DNA of 31,414 bases, taken from positions 1 to 31,414 of the forward strand of contig CAUJFT010000442.1 of assembly GCA_963169475.1 (NCBI GenBank). The letters are read 5' to 3'. The stretch's first letter is position 1, and each line of letters opens with the position of its first letter. This document shows, piece by piece, positions 26,785 to 31,414 of this stretch. The translations under genes were made by a program, and so were the position numbers. This stretch comes from Bacteroidota bacterium (lineage in GTDB: Bacteria > Bacteroidota > Bacteroidia > J057). Under the pieces are notes generated by a model, which worked only from the letters and a program-made list of their open reading frames with translations, did not search any database and was not told where the DNA came from.

Positions 26785-27246
26785 ATGCGCGTAAATATCC
26801 TTATTTGTTTGCTCTCAATCGCCTTTTTGTACATGGTTTCAGGTTGTAATCGGAGAGAAAATTTGGAAGATGAAGTTATCTTGAATTATCTGAAAGATAA
26901 AGGATTATCGGATAAAGCCGTAAAGACAACAGAAGGGGTATATTATTACATTGCAACAAGCGGAAACGGCAATCACCCCACGATAGATTCTAAGGTAACA
27001 GTGGACTACAAAGGCTATCTTACTGATGGGAAAGAGTTTGATTCCTCTTATTCTCTTGCCGAAAAACCCTCTTTTTACCTATATGAAGTAATAGAAGGCT
27101 GGCAAATTGGTATGCCTTTTTTTGACAAAGGGTCCAAGGGAACTTTATTGATTCCTTCGAGATTTGCTTACGGAAAAAATCCCCCTCCGGGTATCCCTAA
27201 AAATGCTGTGCTAATCTTCGATATTGAATTATTAGAGATTCAGTAA
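26785..27246 (+). CDS. FKBP-type peptidyl-prolyl isomerase, lipoprotein
   Basis: Lipobox VSGC; VDYKGYLTDGKEFDSS, VIEGWQIG, IPSRFAYG and LIFDIELL. Confidence 0.93.
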   Translation: MRVNILICLLSIAFLYMVSGCNRRENLEDEVILNYLKDKGLSDKAVKTTEGVYYYIATSGNGNHPTIDSKVTVDYKGYLTDGKEFDSSYSLAEKPSFYLYEVIEGWQIGMPFFDKGSKGTLLIPSRFAYGKNPPPGIPKNAVLIFDIELLEIQ

Positions 27247-27309
27247 CAATTTTTAAAAGGAGGAGTTATAAAGGTTATTCGTCATTATTTTATTTATATT
27301 TAGTTTATC

Positions 27310-28539
27310 ATGCCAAAGATTTCAACAAGAGCGGAAGAAATGCCCGCTTCTCCCATTAGAAAGTTAGTGCCGCTTGCCGAAGATGCTCAAAAAAGAGGCA
27401 ACAAAGTCTATTTTCTGAACATTGGTCAGCCGGATATTCCCACTCCTTCGGAATACTATGACGCTATCCGTAAAGCCAACCTTGAAGTACTTGCCTACAG
27501 TCATTCCGCAGGAAACGAGTCTTTAAGAAAAAAAATTGCTGAATATTATACCCGCTTAGGGCTTTCCGTTAATACAGATGAGGTGTTAGTAACTACCGGC
27601 GCCTCCGAAGCCCTTCTGTTTATTTTTATGACTTGTCTGAATCCTGGAGATGAAATTATCGTACCTCAACCTTTTTATGCAAACTATAATAGTTTCGCCC
27701 TTACCGCAGGGGTTAAAGTAGTGCCGATTACTACTCATATAGAAAATGATTTTGACCTTCCCGAAATAGAATCCTTTGAGGCACTCATCACCCCAAATAC
27801 AAAAGCGATATTAATCTGTAACCCCGGTAATCCTACGGGTATTTTATACTCGCGCAAATCTCTTGAAAAACTTCGTGATATTGTGATAAAACATGACCTT
27901 TATCTCATTGCTGATGAGGTGTATAGAGAGTTTGTCTATGATGGACACAAACACCACTCTGTATTCTCACTTTCCGGGCTTGAAGACCGTGCAATTGTGG
28001 TGGACTCTATTTCCAAAAGGTTCTCTGCTTGCGGTGCTAGGATTGGGTGTGTGATTACCCATAATAAAACAGTAATGGGAGCTATTTTGAAATATGCACA
28101 GGCGCGGCTTTCGCCTCCTACGATGGGGCAAATCGGGGCAGAAGCAGTATATGATTTGCCGCAGACATTTTATGACAAAATCATCGCAGAGTACTCCGAA
28201 AGAAGGATATTTATGCTGGGAGAACTCAAAAAAATAGAGGGGGTATTATGTCCCGAAGTAAACGGAGCTTTTTATGCGATGGTAAAATTACCGGTGGACG
28301 ATGCCGAAAAGTTCTGCCGCTGGATGTTGGAGTCTTTCTCTTACAAAGGGGCTACTGTAATGATGGCTCCCGCAAATGGCTTCTATGCAGACCCCTCTCT
28401 AGGTATAGATGAAGTAAGGATTGCTTATGTGCTTAAAAAAGAAGCCCTTGCCGCAGCAATAGAGTGCCTTTCCGAGGGACTTAAAGCCTATCCGGGAAAA
28501 AAAGACACACATACTCAACAAAAAGCGGTCTCTTTGTAG
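27310..28539 (+). CDS. PLP-dependent aminotransferase class I/II (aspartate aminotransferase-like)
   Basis: LNIGQPD, NPGNPTG, ADEVY, SISKRFSACGARIG (PLP Lys) and GAFY. Confidence 0.93.
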   Translation: MPKISTRAEEMPASPIRKLVPLAEDAQKRGNKVYFLNIGQPDIPTPSEYYDAIRKANLEVLAYSHSAGNESLRKKIAEYYTRLGLSVNTDEVLVTTGASEALLFIFMTCLNPGDEIIVPQPFYANYNSFALTAGVKVVPITTHIENDFDLPEIESFEALITPNTKAILICNPGNPTGILYSRKSLEKLRDIVIKHDLYLIADEVYREFVYDGHKHHSVFSLSGLEDRAIVVDSISKRFSACGARIGCVITHNKTVMGAILKYAQARLSPPTMGQIGAEAVYDLPQTFYDKIIAEYSERRIFMLGELKKIEGVLCPEVNGAFYAMVKLPVDDAEKFCRWMLESFSYKGATVMMAPANGFYADPSLGIDEVRIAYVLKKEALAAAIECLSEGLKAYPGKKDTHTQQKAVSL

Positions 28540-28583
28540 CTATCTTCTAATTGTTATAGAAAGGGCACTTCACTATTGCATGA

Positions 28584-29633
28584 GTGATTGAGAAAAACAG
28601 AATGGAACAAGTTTTCCTACGCAGGTGTGTTGAGCTTGCGCTCAAAGGAGATAGCCGCACCTTTCCCAACCCAAAAGTTGGGGCATTGCTTGTGTATAAA
28701 AATACAATCATCGGAGAGGGCTATCATGCGTTTTCTGGGGGACCTCATGCCGAAGTAAATGCAGTGGCAAGTGTGAGAGACAAGTCTTTGATTTCGGGTT
28801 CAACGCTTTATGTAAGCCTTGAACCCTGTAATCATCATGGGAAAACTCCTCCTTGTACAGAACTAATTATAAAGGAAAATATTCGGAATATAGTGGTTGG
28901 CTGTACTGACCCCAATCCGCTTGTAGCAGGAAAAGGAGTCGCAATGCTTCGTGAACACGGGGTTTCTGTGGTTTATGCACAAGACTCTGCTCCGTTTGAA
29001 AGGATTAATGCCCCCTTTTTTATCAATCAGCATGAAAAAAGACCATTTATTACGCTAAAATGGGCAGAGAGTGCAGATGGATTTATTGCGCCTTTTCCTC
29101 CTGCTCCCTATCCTATCACGGGGCAAGAATCCTTAGTTTTTTCTCATGCCCTCCGGCAGCAACATCACGCAATTATGATTGGGAAGAATACTGCACTGAT
29201 AGATAATCCCCGCCTAACTAACCGTTATTTCCCCGGTAATTCTCCCATAAGGATTGTATGGGATAGAAAACTTAGCCTTCCCTCTACGCTGCATTTATTT
29301 GACAATGCAAGCCCCACAATTGTGCTTAATGATAGTTTTTCTGGAGAGAAAGGGTTGGTTCGCTTCCTTAAAATACCGGAAGAAGCCTCTAATGACCTAT
29401 CTTTAACCGGACAAATTTTATATAAAGAATGCGGAATTTGTAGTATCCTTGTAGAAGGAGGTACACACTTGTTAAATCAATTTATTCAACAAGAATATTT
29501 TGATGAAATGTGGCGTTTTGTGGGTATCCCTCATCTATTCAAAGGGATTCCTGCTCCAAAGCTAAAGGATATAACATACACGGTTTCTGAAAGGGTAAAA
29601 GGATTCGATAGAATCTATCATTATCAAAAATAA
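28584..29633 (+). CDS. ribD: Riboflavin biosynthesis bifunctional deaminase/reductase
   Basis: PNPKVG, HAE, LEPCNHHGKTPPC, KWAESADG, DNPRLT and LVEGG. GTG start. Confidence 0.95.
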   Translation: MIEKNRMEQVFLRRCVELALKGDSRTFPNPKVGALLVYKNTIIGEGYHAFSGGPHAEVNAVASVRDKSLISGSTLYVSLEPCNHHGKTPPCTELIIKENIRNIVVGCTDPNPLVAGKGVAMLREHGVSVVYAQDSAPFERINAPFFINQHEKRPFITLKWAESADGFIAPFPPAPYPITGQESLVFSHALRQQHHAIMIGKNTALIDNPRLTNRYFPGNSPIRIVWDRKLSLPSTLHLFDNASPTIVLNDSFSGEKGLVRFLKIPEEASNDLSLTGQILYKECGICSILVEGGTHLLNQFIQQEYFDEMWRFVGIPHLFKGIPAPKLKDITYTVSERVKGFDRIYHYQK

Positions 29634-29662
29634 TCAACCTTTAAACGGAATAGGGCATTTTG

Positions 29663-30658
29663 TCATGCCTTAATTCCCTTGATTATTCCTCTACTAACCT
29701 CGGCAGTAAGAAACAATAAAATATCTGTTTTTTCGGGAGAATCCGGAATAGAATCAATAATTTCTTGAATTGCATGACTATAAGCATACCCCATGCAAAA
29801 GAGAATCTTATATATATCGTGCATTCGGTTTATTTGTTCTGAAGAAAATCCCCTTCGTTTAAGCCCAATTTTATTTACCCCTTCATATTGGACAGGGAAT
29901 CTCCCTGCATTTACGAAAGGAGGAATATCTTTCCCAACCAAAGACCCGCCGGAAACCATTGAGTGTTTTCCAATTTTTACGAACTGATGAATGGCAGACA
30001 TACCTCCAATGACTACGTAGTCTTCAATCTGCACATGGCCTCCCATATTCACGCTATTGGCAAGGATTACATTATCGCCGATGATACAATCGTGCGCTAC
30101 ATGTACATAAGCCATAATCAGGCAATGTTTACCTATAATCGTTGTATTATTATATTTTGTTCCTCTATTCAGGGTTGCAAATTCTCTAATTACAGTATAA
30201 TCTCCAATACAAAGGGTACTTTCTTCTCCCTCAAATTTCAAATCTTGGGGGATTGCAGAGATACTTGCTCCGGAGAATATTTTACAATGATTTCCTATTC
30301 TTGCCCCTTGATGAACGACTACGTTAGAGCCAAGCCAGACAAAGCTGCCAATATATATATCCCCATGAATAGTGCAATAAGGCTCAATATGTACTCGATT
30401 TCCAATAAATAAATGATTCTCCTGATTTTTTTTATCTTCCTCCCAAAAAGCAAGCCTTGAGGCATCTGCCGAGAGAGAGCATCCCGTAGAAATAAAGCAA
30501 TCTTCTCCAAGAGAAACCCCTGCTCCTATCTTAACATGAGATTCTATAATGGTATTATTACCAACTTTAACCCCTGCTTCAATGATGCAAAACGGACCTA
30601 CTTTTACCCCTTCTCCTATTATAGACAGAGGAGAAATAACGGCTGAGGGATGAATCAT
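29663..30658 (-). CDS. lpxA: Acyl-ACP--UDP-N-acetylglucosamine O-acyltransferase with a duplicated N-terminal beta-helix segment
   Basis: PQDLKF, IREFATLNRGT, HVAHDC (catalytic His), HQF, KDIPPF and GLKRRGF. At 331 aa it is about 70 aa longer than usual. Confidence 0.93.
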   Translation of the reverse strand: MIHPSAVISPLSIIGEGVKVGPFCIIEAGVKVGNNTIIESHVKIGAGVSLGEDCFISTGCSLSADASRLAFWEEDKKNQENHLFIGNRVHIEPYCTIHGDIYIGSFVWLGSNVVVHQGARIGNHCKIFSGASISAIPQDLKFEGEESTLCIGDYTVIREFATLNRGTKYNNTTIIGKHCLIMAYVHVAHDCIIGDNVILANSVNMGGHVQIEDYVVIGGMSAIHQFVKIGKHSMVSGGSLVGKDIPPFVNAGRFPVQYEGVNKIGLKRRGFSSEQINRMHDIYKILFCMGYAYSHAIQEIIDSIPDSPEKTDILLFLTAEVSRGIIKGIKA

Positions 30659-30720
30659 ATATTATTTATTACGATAAAACTATGTCTAAAAATGGTATAA
30701 TTTTTATATAAGTGCTTCTT

Positions 30721-31176
30721 TTAGGCTTCGGTCTTAGGGACAACGCTTGCAATCAAATCTGCCGAGCAGACTATCTTACCCTCAACCCAAGCCTCTCCGG
30801 ACATTTTACATATCCCTCTTTTAAAGACATCCATTGTTAATTTGAAATGAATCGTATCGCCGGGAATTACCGGTTTCTTAAAGCGGGCATTATCAATTCC
30901 TACAATATAAACCCATACTTTTGTGTAATCTTCTACTTTATTCATCAACATAATCCCACCAACTTGTGCCATTGCTTCAAGTTGAAGAACCCCCGGCATA
31001 ATGGGGTTTCCTTCAAAATGTCCTACAAAAAAAGGTTCATTAATCGTAACATTTTTATAGCCTTCAATAACATTATCGTCAAAATGGGTGATTTTATCTA
31101 CTAACAAAAATGGATAACGGTGAGGTAAGAGCTTCATGATTTGATGAATATCAAATACTGTTTTCGAACTTTCCAT
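30721..31176 (-). CDS. fabZ: 3-hydroxyacyl-ACP dehydratase, stand-alone
   Basis: LLPHRYPFLLVD, KNVTINEPFFVGHF, MPGVLQLEAMAQ and ARFKKPVIPGD. Confidence 0.95.
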   Translation of the reverse strand: MESSKTVFDIHQIMKLLPHRYPFLLVDKITHFDDNVIEGYKNVTINEPFFVGHFEGNPIMPGVLQLEAMAQVGGIMLMNKVEDYTKVWVYIVGIDNARFKKPVIPGDTIHFKLTMDVFKRGICKMSGEAWVEGKIVCSADLIASVVPKTEA

Positions 31177-31216
31177 AATTTCTTGTATTTACATGGTTTA
31201 AATAAAAATTCGGGGA

Positions 31217-31224
31217 CAAAGATA
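31217..31224 (-). promoter_or_regulatory. Sigma70 -7 element for fabZ-lpxA
   Basis: TATCTTTG on the minus strand, 40 nt upstream of the fabZ ATG. Confidence 0.65.
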
Positions 31225-31414
31225 AATAAAGTATCTGTATTTATTAGCATTTGTTTTAGGGCTTCCCAAGAGGAATATCATATGGATATTCTATTACGCA
31301 AACAATCAATAAAGTGAAGGAAAAAGAAATCCCCTAACCTTATCGGATTGTGTGGATAGAAAAAAGGAATTGTAGCAAAGCCTCTGCATCAAAAAGATAG
31401 AGAATGCCATGAAG

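Noticed and set aside
1-31414. CRISPR arrays, rRNA/tRNA genes, transposases, integrases, phage or defence genes
   Set aside because: No regularly spaced direct repeats, RNA gene signatures or corresponding protein motifs were seen.

Overview
This 31.4-kb window is a gene-dense, AT-rich bacterial chromosome segment. It is very likely Bacteroidota, based on a T9SS C-terminal sorting domain, repeated TAnnTTTG -7 promoter boxes and signal peptides cleaved before Gln. Most genes are housekeeping or envelope genes: idi, mutL, pncA, an acyl-CoA ligase, ribD, lpxA, fabZ, an FKBP, an aminotransferase and an M1 peptidase. I saw no CRISPR array, tRNA/rRNA gene, transposase or prophage gene. The main anomalies are: (1) LpxA with a ~71-aa tandem duplication of its N-terminal beta-helix, downstream of a stand-alone FabZ; (2) hflX broken by one in-frame TAA at a conserved aromatic position; (3) a probable operon joining a membrane Fe-S oxidoreductase half to an RsbU/RsbV/RsbW-type partner-switching module whose kinase carries HQHQCDGCSH; (4) MutL lacking its endonuclease metal ligands; (5) several apparent pseudo-enzyme domains (Cys-less DsbD-N-like, dyad-less phosphoglycosyl-transferase); and (6) a few intergenic repeats and candidate structured RNAs. 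All product calls come from motif recognition by eye; no database search was run.
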